In this document: piece after piece, positions 19,548 through 29,574 of the stretch
Numbering within the stretch: the stretch's first letter is position 1
How the letters are laid out: each line of letters begins with the position of its first letter
Assembly (NCBI GenBank): GCA_965206595.1
Contig: OZ242214.1
Coordinates: 4,768,001 to 4,832,000, forward strand
Source: Candidatus Latescibacterota bacterium
GTDB taxonomy: Bacteria; Latescibacterota; UBA2968; UBA8231
DNA length: 64,000 nucleotides
Direction: 5' to 3'
The notes under the pieces: model-generated
What the model was told of the DNA's origin: nothing
The model's input: the letters and a program-made list of their open reading frames with translations, nothing else
The model's database searches: none
Program-made: the position numbers and the translations under genes

Positions 19548-21104
19548 ATGGGCGAATACAAGGCTTGGCCGTTCCGGGAAGCGGGCCGGATCGCCCGCCG
19601 CGACCCCTGGAAGCCGGGTGCGGTTTTCCAGACCGGGTTCGGGCCCAGCGGCTTTCCCCATGTGGGCCACTTCTCCGAGGTCGCCCGCACCACCTGGGTC
19701 CGCAACGCCTACCAACATCAGTACGAAAAACCGACCATCCTGATCTGCTTCAGCGACGACATGGACGGGCTGCGCAAGGTTCCGCCCAACCTGCCGCAGC
19801 CCGACATGCTGGCCGCCAACCTCGGGCGGCCGCTGCACGCGGTACCGGATCCCTTCGGCTGCTGCTCGAGCTTCAGCGACCACATGAACCTGAAGCTGCG
19901 CGAGTTCCTCCACTCGTACGGCTTCGACTACGATATCCGAAGCTCGCGCGACGCCTACGCCAGCGGGGTGTTCGACAAAGGGCTCTCGGTGCTGCTCGCA
20001 AAGGTCGACGAAGTCAAAGAGGTGATACTCCCCACCCTCCGCGAGGAGAACCGCGAGCACTGGTCCCCCTTCTTCCCGGTCTGCCCCGGCTGCGGCTCGA
20101 TCAACGCGACGCGGGTGACCTCCTACCGTCCGGACCGCGACAGCGTCGGTTTCGCCTGCGACATCCGCACCGACAGGTACCGCGGCTGCGGCGAGAGCGG
20201 CGAGCAGTCGGTTCTCGGGGGCCTGGCGAAGGTCGGCTGGAAGGTCGACTGGGCCCTGCGTTGGTACGCCTACGAGGTCGACTACGAGATGTCGGGAAAG
20301 GACCTGGTCGACTCGGTGAGGCTGTCCGGGCGCATAGTGCGCATCATGGGGAAGCAGCCGCCCGCGGGAATGACGATCGAGATGTTCCTCGACGAGGAGG
20401 GACGCCGGATCTCCAGCAGCGCCGGAAGGATGGGGGTCACCGTCGACGAGTGGTCGCAGTACGCGCCGCTCGAATCCCTGCTCTTCTTCCTGTACCAGAA
20501 TCCCCAGCGCGCCAAACGCCTGCACTGGGGCATCGTGCCCAAGTGCGTCGACGACTACCTCGCCGCCCTGCGCTCCTACCCGGAGATCCCCGGGGAGGAG
20601 CGCCCCGAGAGCGAGTTGTGGCACATCCACGGCAAGGGGGAAGGCGTGCCGCGGTACGGCTCCGGCGTCGACTCGACAACGGTCAACAACCTGATATCGG
20701 CGCTGGGGATCGACTCGACCGGGCTGCTCAAGGAGTACCTGCGGCGCTACGACTCCACCGTCGCCGACAACGAAGCGGTAGTCGAGGAATTGATCGACAA
20801 GGGGATGAACTACTACAAGGACCGCGTCCTTCCCGGCAAGAAGTACCGGGCGCCGTCGCCGGAGGAGCGGGGGCTGCTGGCCGAAATCCGGGTGCAGCTA
20901 TCCCGCTGCGAGAACGGGGACGAGGAAACCTGGCAGGCGATCCCCTTCGAGGTGGCTCGCGCCGCCGGCAAGGAGCCGAAGGAGCTGTTCCGCGCCTTCT
21001 ACGAGGTCCTGCTCGGGCAGGAGCGGGGGCCGCGGTTCGGGTCCTTCGTCAGCCTGGTCGGGAAAGAGCGCGTCCTCGAGATGCTGGCGGAGAAGACCGT
21101 CTGA
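19548..21104 (+). CDS. lysS: Lysine--tRNA ligase, class I (LysRS1)
   Basis: AWPF, TGFGPSGFPHVG (HIGH-like), SDDMDGLRKVP, K..WKVDWALRW...VDYEMSGKD, C-terminal GPRFGSF. Confidence 0.92.
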   Translation: MGEYKAWPFREAGRIARRDPWKPGAVFQTGFGPSGFPHVGHFSEVARTTWVRNAYQHQYEKPTILICFSDDMDGLRKVPPNLPQPDMLAANLGRPLHAVPDPFGCCSSFSDHMNLKLREFLHSYGFDYDIRSSRDAYASGVFDKGLSVLLAKVDEVKEVILPTLREENREHWSPFFPVCPGCGSINATRVTSYRPDRDSVGFACDIRTDRYRGCGESGEQSVLGGLAKVGWKVDWALRWYAYEVDYEMSGKDLVDSVRLSGRIVRIMGKQPPAGMTIEMFLDEEGRRISSSAGRMGVTVDEWSQYAPLESLLFFLYQNPQRAKRLHWGIVPKCVDDYLAALRSYPEIPGEERPESELWHIHGKGEGVPRYGSGVDSTTVNNLISALGIDSTGLLKEYLRRYDSTVADNEAVVEELIDKGMNYYKDRVLPGKKYRAPSPEERGLLAEIRVQLSRCENGDEETWQAIPFEVARAAGKEPKELFRAFYEVLLGQERGPRFGSFVSLVGKERVLEMLAEKTV

Positions 21105-21127
21105 CCCCGGGGGCCGGCCGCAAGCGG

Positions 21128-21508
21128 TCAGACGGAGCGGACGCGCCGCATGCGCCGGCGCACCTGCCGCCGGACGATCTCCTTGAGAACGCCGCGCGTG
21201 CCGGGCAGAAGGGCGGCGAAGCCGATGATGTCGGTTAGGAAGCCGGGCGTCAGCAGCAGCAGTCCCCCCATCAGGATCAGCACCCCATCGAAGATCTCGT
21301 CTCCGGGAAAGGCGGCGCCGGAGGCGGCACGCATCAGGCGGCGCAGGGCCAGCAGACCCTGGCTGCGGGCCAGCAGCGCCCCGGCGGCCCCGGTCGCGAC
21401 GACGATGGCGATCGTCGGCAGGACGCCGAGGCTCTGTCCGACCCGGATCAACAGGGCCAGCTCGACGACCGGGGTCACCGTGAAAACCAGGAAGAGCCGC
21501 CACCACAT
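21128..21508 (-). CDS. fxsA: FxsA family membrane protein
   Basis: P.VEL.LLI.VG..LG...TI...V.TG..GA.LARSQG ... GGLLLLTPGFLTD. Confidence 0.9.
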   Translation of the reverse strand: MWWRLFLVFTVTPVVELALLIRVGQSLGVLPTIAIVVATGAAGALLARSQGLLALRRLMRAASGAAFPGDEIFDGVLILMGGLLLLTPGFLTDIIGFAALLPGTRGVLKEIVRRQVRRRMRRVRSV

Positions 21509-21777
21509 GGGGCGGGCAATATACCCGGAGGTCGGAACCCTGTCGACGGCCGCTTCCCCGGTTACGGACAGGTTATGAAGTTGCCCTGAAGCCGGGCCTA
21601 GCCATCCCGTAGGATCGGAACGCTCTTCGAGCGCTTCAGGGAAACGGCGAAGCCGTTCCCGACACGAACCCTTCGGGTTCGCGGCATCGAGGGCCGACCA
21701 CGGCCTGGGTGGACCATTTCAACGGGCTGAAATGTCCTGCCCCGGACAGGTGGAACGGGTTTTGCCTCTGACCCGGG

Positions 21778-24180
21778 GTGCTGACAGCCATCTTCCGGGG
21801 CCGGCGCCCGGCCCTGTGGGCAGCGTTGGCCTGCGCCGCGGGTATCCTCGCCGGCTCCGAAGCTCCCTTCTCCTGCGAACACTGGACGGTCGCCGCGGCC
21901 GCTGCCTTCGCCGCCGTCCTCCTGGCCCGGTACACCGGTTGGGCGGAAACGGCCCCCTGCGTCTGCTGCTGCCTGCTGCTGACGGCCTGTCTCGGGGCTG
22001 CGCGTTACCGCGCCGCTACGGAACTGTTACCGGCCGACCACGTTTCGAGATCGGAGCTGTTCGGCGAGCGCCTCCGACTGCGCGGGGCCCTGGCATCCGA
22101 TCCCGAGGTCGGCGGCGAGCGCACCCGCTTCGCCGTCGACCTGTCCGCAGTCGAGCTCGATAAGGGGCGGGTGCGGGCCTCGGGGCGGGTGCTGATCGTG
22201 TCCGCCGTCCCCGTTGCCGCCGACTACGCCGACAGTGTGGTCCTGGACCTGCGCCTGCGGCGTCCCTCGCCGGCGCGCAATCCCGCGGCCTTCGACTACC
22301 GCGCCTTTCTGCAGCAGCGGGATATCCATGCTGTCGCCTCGGTTCGGCGCCGGGACCAGGTGCTGGAGACCGCCCCCCGCACCGGGGCCTGGCTCCAGGA
22401 GCGGGTGCTGCGGCCCGCACGCACCGCCATCAGGGAGGCGATCGAGGCCAACCTGTCCGGGGCCCCCGCCGGCCTGCTCCTCGGCATGCTGCTCGGCGAG
22501 AAATACCGCATACCGGCCGAACTCAAAGACCTGTTCCGCAGCACCGGACTGGCGCACGCCCTGGTGGTCAGCGGGCTCCACGTCGGCCTGATCGCGCTGT
22601 TCTTCCTCTTCGGCCTGCGCACCTGCCGCCTGCCCGACCGGGCCGCCGCGCTCGCCACCACCGCGGTCCTGGCCCTCTACGCCCTGATTACCGATCTGCA
22701 GCCCCCGGTAGTGCGCGCCGCGATCATGGCCGGGGTGGTGCTCGTCGGGCGCGCCCTCGACCGCCAGGGGGACGTCTACAACTCTCTCGGTCTGGCAGCC
22801 CTCATCATCCTGCTGGCGTGGCCCGCCAGCCTGCTCTCCCTCAGCTTCCAGCTTTCGTTCGCCGCGACCCTGTCGATCGTCGGCCTGCACGGGAACCTCA
22901 CCGCCCTCTTCCCCTCCCGCTGGCGCTCGGAGGAGAGCGCCGCCGGCAAGTGGCTCGTCGCCCCTCTCTGCGTCTCCATCGCCGCCCAGGCCGGCACGAG
23001 CCCGTTGATCGCCTACCACTTCCAGCACTTCGCGCCGGTGTCGCTGCTGGCCAATCTCGCCGTCGTGCCGCTGCTGACCGCGGCCCTCGCCATGGGGGTC
23101 GCCGCCGCCCTGACCGGCTGGTGGCTGCCGGCCGCGGCCACCGCGTTCAACGCCTGCGGCTATCTCGCCCTGAAAGGGATGATGGGAGCGGTCGAGCTGT
23201 TCGCCAGCCTGCCGTACGCCTCGGTGACGACGCCGAGACCCTCCCTGCCGGCGCTGGTGACCGCCGCCTTCCTGACCTTTCTCCTCACTCACTGGCGGGA
23301 CCACGCCGGGGCCCGCAAGCTGATCCTCTTCACCCTCCTGATCGCCGCCAACGCCGCGGCCTGGGGAGCCGCTCTCGAACGCCGCGAGGTCGAGATCTGC
23401 TTCCTCGACGTCGGCCAGGGGGACGCCGCCTTCCTGCGCTTCCCGAACGGCCGCTCCATGCTCATCGACGGCGGCAGCCGCAGCTTCCGTTTCGACTACG
23501 GGCAGCGGGTGCTGTTGCCGTTTCTCAAGGCCCACAACGTCGGCACTGTCGACGCGATGGTGGTGTCGCATCCGCACCTCGACCATATCGGCGGCCTGGT
23601 CACGGTGCTGGAGCAGCTAGAAGTGCGCCACCTGCTGGACGCCGGCCAGAGCTACGACTCGTGGGCGGCGCAGCGGCTGCGCGAGCTCGCCGCCGCGAAG
23701 GGGACCCGCTATCACCGCGTCGCCGCCGGCGACAGCATCGCAGGACTGGGCGGAGCCGGCATGCTGGTCCTGCACCCGACGCCGGAGTTCGTCGACGCCG
23801 GGGGGGCCTCTCCGCACGGACTGAACAACGGCTCGGTGGTGCTGCTCCTGACCTACGGAGGGCACCGCTTCCTGTTCACCGGCGACGCCGAACGCGCCGC
23901 GGATCTGGCGCTGGCGAGGTGGGGGGAGCGGCTGCAGGCGGACCTCCTGAAGGTCGGACACCACGGTTCCGACACCTCGACCCACCCGGCGCTGCTCGCC
24001 TGGGTCAGCCCCGAGGTGGCAGTGATCTCCGCCGGGGAGTTCAACAAGTTCGGCCACCCGTCGGAAGAGGTGCTGGCGCTCCTGACAAGCCGCGGGACGA
24101 CGGTGCTGCGCACCGATCTTCGGGGCGCAGCCATCGTCACCTCGGACGGCAGACGGCTCCGCTTGCGGACCATGATGTGA
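21778..24180 (+). CDS. comEC: DNA internalization competence protein ComEC/Rec2
   Basis: RNP..FDY, TGLAHALVVSGLHVG, SFQLSFAA, FLDVGQGDA, SHPHLDHIGG, LKVGHHGS, FGHPS. Confidence 0.95.
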   Translation: MLTAIFRGRRPALWAALACAAGILAGSEAPFSCEHWTVAAAAAFAAVLLARYTGWAETAPCVCCCLLLTACLGAARYRAATELLPADHVSRSELFGERLRLRGALASDPEVGGERTRFAVDLSAVELDKGRVRASGRVLIVSAVPVAADYADSVVLDLRLRRPSPARNPAAFDYRAFLQQRDIHAVASVRRRDQVLETAPRTGAWLQERVLRPARTAIREAIEANLSGAPAGLLLGMLLGEKYRIPAELKDLFRSTGLAHALVVSGLHVGLIALFFLFGLRTCRLPDRAAALATTAVLALYALITDLQPPVVRAAIMAGVVLVGRALDRQGDVYNSLGLAALIILLAWPASLLSLSFQLSFAATLSIVGLHGNLTALFPSRWRSEESAAGKWLVAPLCVSIAAQAGTSPLIAYHFQHFAPVSLLANLAVVPLLTAALAMGVAAALTGWWLPAAATAFNACGYLALKGMMGAVELFASLPYASVTTPRPSLPALVTAAFLTFLLTHWRDHAGARKLILFTLLIAANAAAWGAALERREVEICFLDVGQGDAAFLRFPNGRSMLIDGGSRSFRFDYGQRVLLPFLKAHNVGTVDAMVVSHPHLDHIGGLVTVLEQLEVRHLLDAGQSYDSWAAQRLRELAAAKGTRYHRVAAGDSIAGLGGAGMLVLHPTPEFVDAGGASPHGLNNGSVVLLLTYGGHRFLFTGDAERAADLALARWGERLQADLLKVGHHGSDTSTHPALLAWVSPEVAVISAGEFNKFGHPSEEVLALLTSRGTTVLRTDLRGAAIVTSDGRRLRLRTMM

Positions 24181-24509
24181 GGCGACCGCCCGGTGTTGTG
24201 CGGCGAACGAGAAGCAACCCCGGGAGTCCGGGGAAAGTGGAGCGCGAGCCGGGAGCACCTCGCCGGCAGTCTCCCTCTCTCCCGAGCGTTCAGGCGCCCC
24301 GGCGCTTGCGCCGAGGCCGCTTCCTTCGGCGTTCATCCCTCCCAGGTGATGACCAGCAGACAAGGGAGCTGCTGACGACGAACGACCGCCGGTGGCGGTG
24401 CAGCTTTCGCTGACACGGACAGACCGCGGAGAACCCGCGATTCCATGCACACCTGGCACCCGGCGCGGTAATCGGGAACATCCGCGATGCCCCCGGCCAA
24501 CCGCGGCTG

Positions 24510-25697
24510 CTACCGGTCCCTGCGTTCCAGCACGTAGACGCGCGGATAGATACCCCCGGTCTCGACGACGCGGACGTGAACTTTTCTGAACAGCCGCAGG
24601 CCGCGGTTGGCGCGGTCGATGGCGCCGCGCTTCCAGGCAATCAGGACGAGCCGCCCTCCCGGGAGCAGCACCTCGGCCGCCTGCTCGAGGAAGCGCCGGT
24701 AGAACCGGACGAAGTCCATGCCGCGGCCCTGGCGCACTCCGTACGGCGGGTTTGTGACGATCGCCTGGAAGCGGGTGCTGCCGTACTCCTCCCCCATTGT
24801 GCACGCGTCGCACCGGCGCAGTCTCAACCTGCCGGAGGCGACCAGGGCTCCGAGGTTGTCCGCGGCCCCGGCGATCACCTTCTCGGAGTAGTCGCTGCCG
24901 AACAGCTTCATCCCCGGGAAACACCGGGAGGCCTCCCACAGGATGGTGCCGGAACCGCAGAACGGATCGAGCAGCGGTCCTCCGTCCCCCCGCAGGCGGG
25001 CTAGATGAATCAGGGCGAAGGCGACGTTGGGCCGCAGCGAGGTACGCGCGGAGAAGGGGCGCAGGCGCCGGTCGCTCAGGGGGCTCCGCGTGAGCTGCAG
25101 CCCGACGACGCAGATCGACCCGAAAAGGTCGACGCGCACGTTGCAGTCGAACCCGGTCAGGTCGACCATGGCCCCGTAGCGCTCGACCAGGGCCGCCCCT
25201 GCCCGCCGCTGCACGTCGAGGCGCGTGAAGGGGTGGTCGCCGCTGCGTTTCGTGGTCACGCGAAAGGAGCGGGATTTCTCCATCCCGGGAATCCCGCGGC
25301 CGGCTACCTGCGAGTAGATCTCCTCGAGACCGCGCTCGCCTGCGGCCGGCTCCTCCTGCGTCGGGACCCCTGCCGGGATTTCGAAGCTGTAGAGAGGTTG
25401 CACCACGTGATGGGCGGAACGGGACTCCAGGACCAGGTCCCACAGGCCGGCGCCGGAACCGCCTTGCGCTTCCCCCTGCCCGCGTTCGCCATCCGGCACC
25501 AGGGCGAGGACGTGCCCGCCGAACCCGAACGGCTCGAGGTCGAACCGAGGCGCCGGAAAGCCGGCTGCCGCAAGGAGGCCGGCAAACTCGTCGGCGACGA
25601 TGTCTTCCAGGCCGGGGTTGGTGGTGAACAGGACCGCGGTTTCGCCGCCGTCCGGGTCCATCCCGTTCCCTTCGAGACGGGGGCGCGCCTCGGGCAT
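24510..25697 (-). CDS. THUMP-domain RNA methyltransferase (Trm14/TrmN/RlmL-like)
   Basis: FTTNPGLE, THUMP (SFRVTTKRSGDHPFT), LLDPFCGSGTI, IVTNPPYG. Confidence 0.85.
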   Translation of the reverse strand: MPEARPRLEGNGMDPDGGETAVLFTTNPGLEDIVADEFAGLLAAAGFPAPRFDLEPFGFGGHVLALVPDGERGQGEAQGGSGAGLWDLVLESRSAHHVVQPLYSFEIPAGVPTQEEPAAGERGLEEIYSQVAGRGIPGMEKSRSFRVTTKRSGDHPFTRLDVQRRAGAALVERYGAMVDLTGFDCNVRVDLFGSICVVGLQLTRSPLSDRRLRPFSARTSLRPNVAFALIHLARLRGDGGPLLDPFCGSGTILWEASRCFPGMKLFGSDYSEKVIAGAADNLGALVASGRLRLRRCDACTMGEEYGSTRFQAIVTNPPYGVRQGRGMDFVRFYRRFLEQAAEVLLPGGRLVLIAWKRGAIDRANRGLRLFRKVHVRVVETGGIYPRVYVLERRDR

Positions 25698-25704
25698 GCG
25701 AGGA

Positions 25705-26901
25705 TCACCAGGCGGCGGCCGGCACCGCGAGCAGCGGCACCAGCATCTCCTCGGCCGTCATCCCCCCGTGAGAGCCGCGCTGGGTGTGAATTCCCGACCC
25801 GAAGTCGTAGACAAGCTGGATGGTGTCCCCCGGCAGCGAGACGACGTCGCCGAGGCGGGAACGGAACCTGCCGCAATCTCCCCCGAACCAGCCGCGGGCG
25901 ACCGCCTCGTCACTGTACACCCAGTCGACGTCCGGGTGCGCCAGGAAGTCGCTGCCCACCAGCTTCCCCAAGTCGTCGGCGGCAAGGTACCAGGCCCTGC
26001 GGCCGCCGCCCGGGGGGTAGCGCAGCGCCTCCGCCGCGGGCCCTTCCAGGAGCAAGGCATTCTCCGGGTCGAGCAGCACCTGGCCGTGATCGGCGGTAAC
26101 TACCAGCGAGCAGCCGTGGCCTCGGCAGACCTCGGCGATGTGGCCGATCATCAGGTCGATGAACTCGAACTCCAGCAGGCAGGCGCGCGATTCTTCCCTC
26201 GTCGAGACCGGGCCGTACTGGTGGGCGAGGGTGTCGATCATCGGCCAGTAGAGGAAGTGGAAGCTGCGGCCGACGCTCTTCTCCAGGCAGGTTTCAAGCA
26301 GGTGCGGGAGCTCGGACTGCGCGCGGTATCCCAGGTAGGTGGCGCCCCTGCTCAGAAGCCCGGTGAACGCCGTTCCTTCGTAGTCCGCGGAGCTGATGAG
26401 GTTCGAGGAGACGCCCGCGGCGGCGAGCAGCTCGTAGACCGTCGGCACGGCGCGAACCACCTCTTCGTCGAACGCCTCCGGCGGCTCCGAGCCGCTGGTG
26501 AACCGCAGCATGTTGCAAAGGCTTCCCCGCTCCTCGAGCCAGAGCCGGTGGCCGAGCATCCCGTGATCGCAGGGAGCCCGCGCGTTGCTGAGCGAGGTCA
26601 GGGCGGCCGTCGTCGTCGAGGGAAAGACCGAGGTGAGCTGCCGCAGACCTCCCGGAGCGGCCTCGGCGAGGCGGCAGAGATTCGGGGTGCGCCCCGCCTC
26701 CATGGCGCGCTGCAGCTGGTGCAGGCCGGCGGCGTCGCAGACCACCAGCGCGACATCCCCCCCGGCGGCAAGCGCTTCCGCGGGAAGCAGGCCGTCCCGG
26801 CAACAGGGGGCCGGAGGCTCGACTCCGAAAGCGGCCACCAGCGACGCGGCCAGGTTGACTATGCTGCCGCCGCCGTAGTCGGGTGCGACCCGCTCACTCA
26901 C
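25705..26901 (-). CDS. Alkaline-phosphatase-superfamily nucleotide pyrophosphatase/phosphodiesterase
   Basis: PDYGGGSIVNL, TSVFPSTT, IDTLAHQYGP, VTADHG, GSHGG...EEMLVP. Confidence 0.85.
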   Translation of the reverse strand: MSERVAPDYGGGSIVNLAASLVAAFGVEPPAPCCRDGLLPAEALAAGGDVALVVCDAAGLHQLQRAMEAGRTPNLCRLAEAAPGGLRQLTSVFPSTTTAALTSLSNARAPCDHGMLGHRLWLEERGSLCNMLRFTSGSEPPEAFDEEVVRAVPTVYELLAAAGVSSNLISSADYEGTAFTGLLSRGATYLGYRAQSELPHLLETCLEKSVGRSFHFLYWPMIDTLAHQYGPVSTREESRACLLEFEFIDLMIGHIAEVCRGHGCSLVVTADHGQVLLDPENALLLEGPAAEALRYPPGGGRRAWYLAADDLGKLVGSDFLAHPDVDWVYSDEAVARGWFGGDCGRFRSRLGDVVSLPGDTIQLVYDFGSGIHTQRGSHGGMTAEEMLVPLLAVPAAAW

Positions 26902-27512
26902 TCGGCGGCTCCTTCCTCCACGGCCCCGAGATCGATCCAGTAGCGCAGCTTGCGCACCAACTCGCCGCGGCCGCGCCCTTCATCCTTGAGGGCCCGGCCG
27001 TTCATTTTCATGGCGCTCTCGAACTCGCCGCCGTTGCGCTCGATGATCTTCTTCGAGGCAAGGTTGTCCGAATCGCAGGTAACCAGCAGGCGCGCCAGTC
27101 CCATGGCGCTGCATTCCCTCAAGGCCAGGGAGAGGATGATCTGCCCGTACCCGCGGCGGCGAAGCCCCGGGCGAATGCTGTAGCCCACGTGCCCGCCGTA
27201 GGTCACCAGGTATGGGGTGCCCAGCTCCGGGCGCACCGACAGCTGGCCCACGTACTCATCCCGGTCGATCAGCCAGAAGACGCGGTCCTGGTAGCCGGAA
27301 TAGCTGCCGGGGCGTTTCTCGCCGAGCTTGCGCAGGTCCCACACGAAGGAGGAGAAACGCCTTTCGAGCTTCCGCAGGTCGTAGCCGAGGAGCGCCGCGT
27401 ACGTCGAGTCCAGCCTGCCTTCGCGGAGGAACTCCGCAGCGCCGGCCAGGAAGCTGTTGCGGTAACGTTCGGAGGGCCGGTCGAGAAAACAGGAGTGCGT
27501 CCTGCCGTTCAT
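26898..27512 (-). CDS. GNAT family N-acetyltransferase
   Basis: C-terminal part of the long ORF: GGHVGYSIRP..RRRGYG...LVTCDSDNLAS.KIIERNGG...LRYWI. Confidence 0.85.
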   Translation of the reverse strand: MNGRTHSCFLDRPSERYRNSFLAGAAEFLREGRLDSTYAALLGYDLRKLERRFSSFVWDLRKLGEKRPGSYSGYQDRVFWLIDRDEYVGQLSVRPELGTPYLVTYGGHVGYSIRPGLRRRGYGQIILSLALRECSAMGLARLLVTCDSDNLASKKIIERNGGEFESAMKMNGRALKDEGRGRGELVRKLRYWIDLGAVEEGAAE

Positions 27513-27833
27513 TGGCACGGGTCTCGCTCGCGGAATGCTCTTCTGCAGATCGGCAGCAGCCTGGGTGAAAAGGCGCCCGCAGGCGAGGCGGGCGAATCGG
27601 GAAGTTTGCCCGGCTGCGGGCAGATAGGGGTAGCGCCGAGGCAGCCCGGTGTCAAGCCGCCGGGACCCACGGTCCCGAGTTGATGCGGCGCGGGAGGGCC
27701 GCCATATTCTGCCCCTCGCCGCCCTCTCCTTCCCCCCCGAATCCTCAGAATAGTCAAAAAAATGGACAAAGTAACTCTTCCCGGAATCGGCGGTAGTCGT
27801 TCTCGAAGCCTGAATCCGCAGATTCGTCAGTAA

Positions 27834-29291
27834 ATGGACAAAGTAACGGTACCGCCTCTCAAAGGAGTCTACGCCGAGCCCTGGTCCCTCAGGCGGGTCC
27901 TCGCCATGCTCTCCGCGTTCGGTCCGGCGGCGATAGTCGCATCGGTGAGCATCGGCGCCGGAGAGACCATCGTCGTGGTGCGCCTCGGCGCCTGGTCGGG
28001 GTACGACCTGTTGTGGCTGATCCTGCTCAGCGTGCTGGCGAAAAGCATTTTCGTCACCTATCTCGTCGGCCGCTACACGGCGATCAGCGGCGAGTACATC
28101 GGCCACCGCCTCGTCCACCTGCCCGGTCCGCGCGGCTGGCTCCTGATAACGCTGATCGTCCTCGAGCTGTCGGTGGCGCCGCTGGCCTGGGTGGCGATCT
28201 CCAAACCGTGCGGCGACCTCGTCCACCACCTGTTCATCGCCTCCGCCGGAAGCGTCGACGCCGCCGAGAAGTTCTGGGAAAACGGCATCTCCACCTTCTT
28301 CATCGCCGTGGCGATGCTGTTCGGCATCCGGCTTTCTTTCGAGCGTCTCGAGAAACAGCAGTTGGCGATCTGCGGCATTCTCGTCATCGGAACGGTGATC
28401 GGCACTCTGATGGTGCGGCCCGACTTCGTCCAGGCCCTTCTCGGCAGCTTCGGCATAAACGGAATTCCGGACTTCCCGTCCTGGGCACCGGCCGACGCCA
28501 TCGAGTATCCGCTGCTGACCTTGGCCACCGCCTTCGGCTACGTCGGCGGCGGCGTCTTCACCTACCTCGCCTATTCCAACTGGGTCGGCCTGCATCGCTG
28601 GGGCATGACCGGACACGACGACATCGACCGCATCCGCGAGCACGCCTTCGCCAGCAGGGAGATCGACTACCTCCCGGAGGACGACGAGCAGGTGAGCCGC
28701 CTGCGGCAGTTGGTGGCGCCGCTGCGCTGGGACGTCGGCATGGGCGCCATCGTCCTGTTCATCGTCAGCGCCGCTTTCCTGATATCCGGCGCCGCGGTGC
28801 TGATGCCGCTGCAGACCCACTTCCAGGGCTGGAGCCTGCTGACCAACCAGGCGCACGTCTGGGCGAACATTCACCCGACGCTGGTGTGGATCTACTACGT
28901 GTGCATAGTCGCCGCCCTGTGGGGGACGCTGCAGGCGCTCCCCGAGATGTACGCCCGCGTCGTTCAGGGATTCACCTCGGCCGTATGGCCGGACCGGACA
29001 TGGAACTTCGACAGCCTGAAGCGGTACATCTGCCTGTACATGTTCGCAGTCGCCACCACCATCATCTGGCTCGACATCCCTTTCAACACTCTCATCCAGA
29101 TAGCCGGCTTCATCCTCGCCAACCTGGCGATCGCGCTGCTGATGCCGGCAGCCATCTACCTGAACTTCATGCTTCCGCCCCGCTACCGGACCCGCCCCGC
29201 GGTGCTGATCGGCGCCCTGCTTTCGGGTGTGGTCCTCTTCGTTTTCGCCTGCATCAGCGGCTGGGGCCTGTCGCTCAAGCTGTTCGGATAG
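27834..29291 (+). CDS. Nramp-like (APC superfamily) membrane transporter
   Basis: About 11 TM segments; FGPAAIVASVSIGAGE...GA..GY.LLW, GRYT..SGE. Confidence 0.75.
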   Translation: MDKVTVPPLKGVYAEPWSLRRVLAMLSAFGPAAIVASVSIGAGETIVVVRLGAWSGYDLLWLILLSVLAKSIFVTYLVGRYTAISGEYIGHRLVHLPGPRGWLLITLIVLELSVAPLAWVAISKPCGDLVHHLFIASAGSVDAAEKFWENGISTFFIAVAMLFGIRLSFERLEKQQLAICGILVIGTVIGTLMVRPDFVQALLGSFGINGIPDFPSWAPADAIEYPLLTLATAFGYVGGGVFTYLAYSNWVGLHRWGMTGHDDIDRIREHAFASREIDYLPEDDEQVSRLRQLVAPLRWDVGMGAIVLFIVSAAFLISGAAVLMPLQTHFQGWSLLTNQAHVWANIHPTLVWIYYVCIVAALWGTLQALPEMYARVVQGFTSAVWPDRTWNFDSLKRYICLYMFAVATTIIWLDIPFNTLIQIAGFILANLAIALLMPAAIYLNFMLPPRYRTRPAVLIGALLSGVVLFVFACISGWGLSLKLFG

Positions 29292-29574
29292 GACCGAGCC
29301 GGGCCTTCTCGTTCTCCGGGAAGGGGTGCCGTAGAAGAGCTTGACCTGATGCGGCCCGTGCCCGAACCCCTATTCGCTGGTGTCGGTGGTCATAAAGCGC
29401 TTCCAGTCAATTACCCGTCAATTTAGCAACTACAGCAAAATCAGCTAGTTACGGAATTCCAAGGACTGTCCGACGGTTCTCGATCAATTACCTGTCAATC
29501 AGGTCGGAGACTCGACACCGATTGCGCGTCACGTTTTGTGACGATCTCCGCGAGGCGTTCTCCGGCCCGGGACG

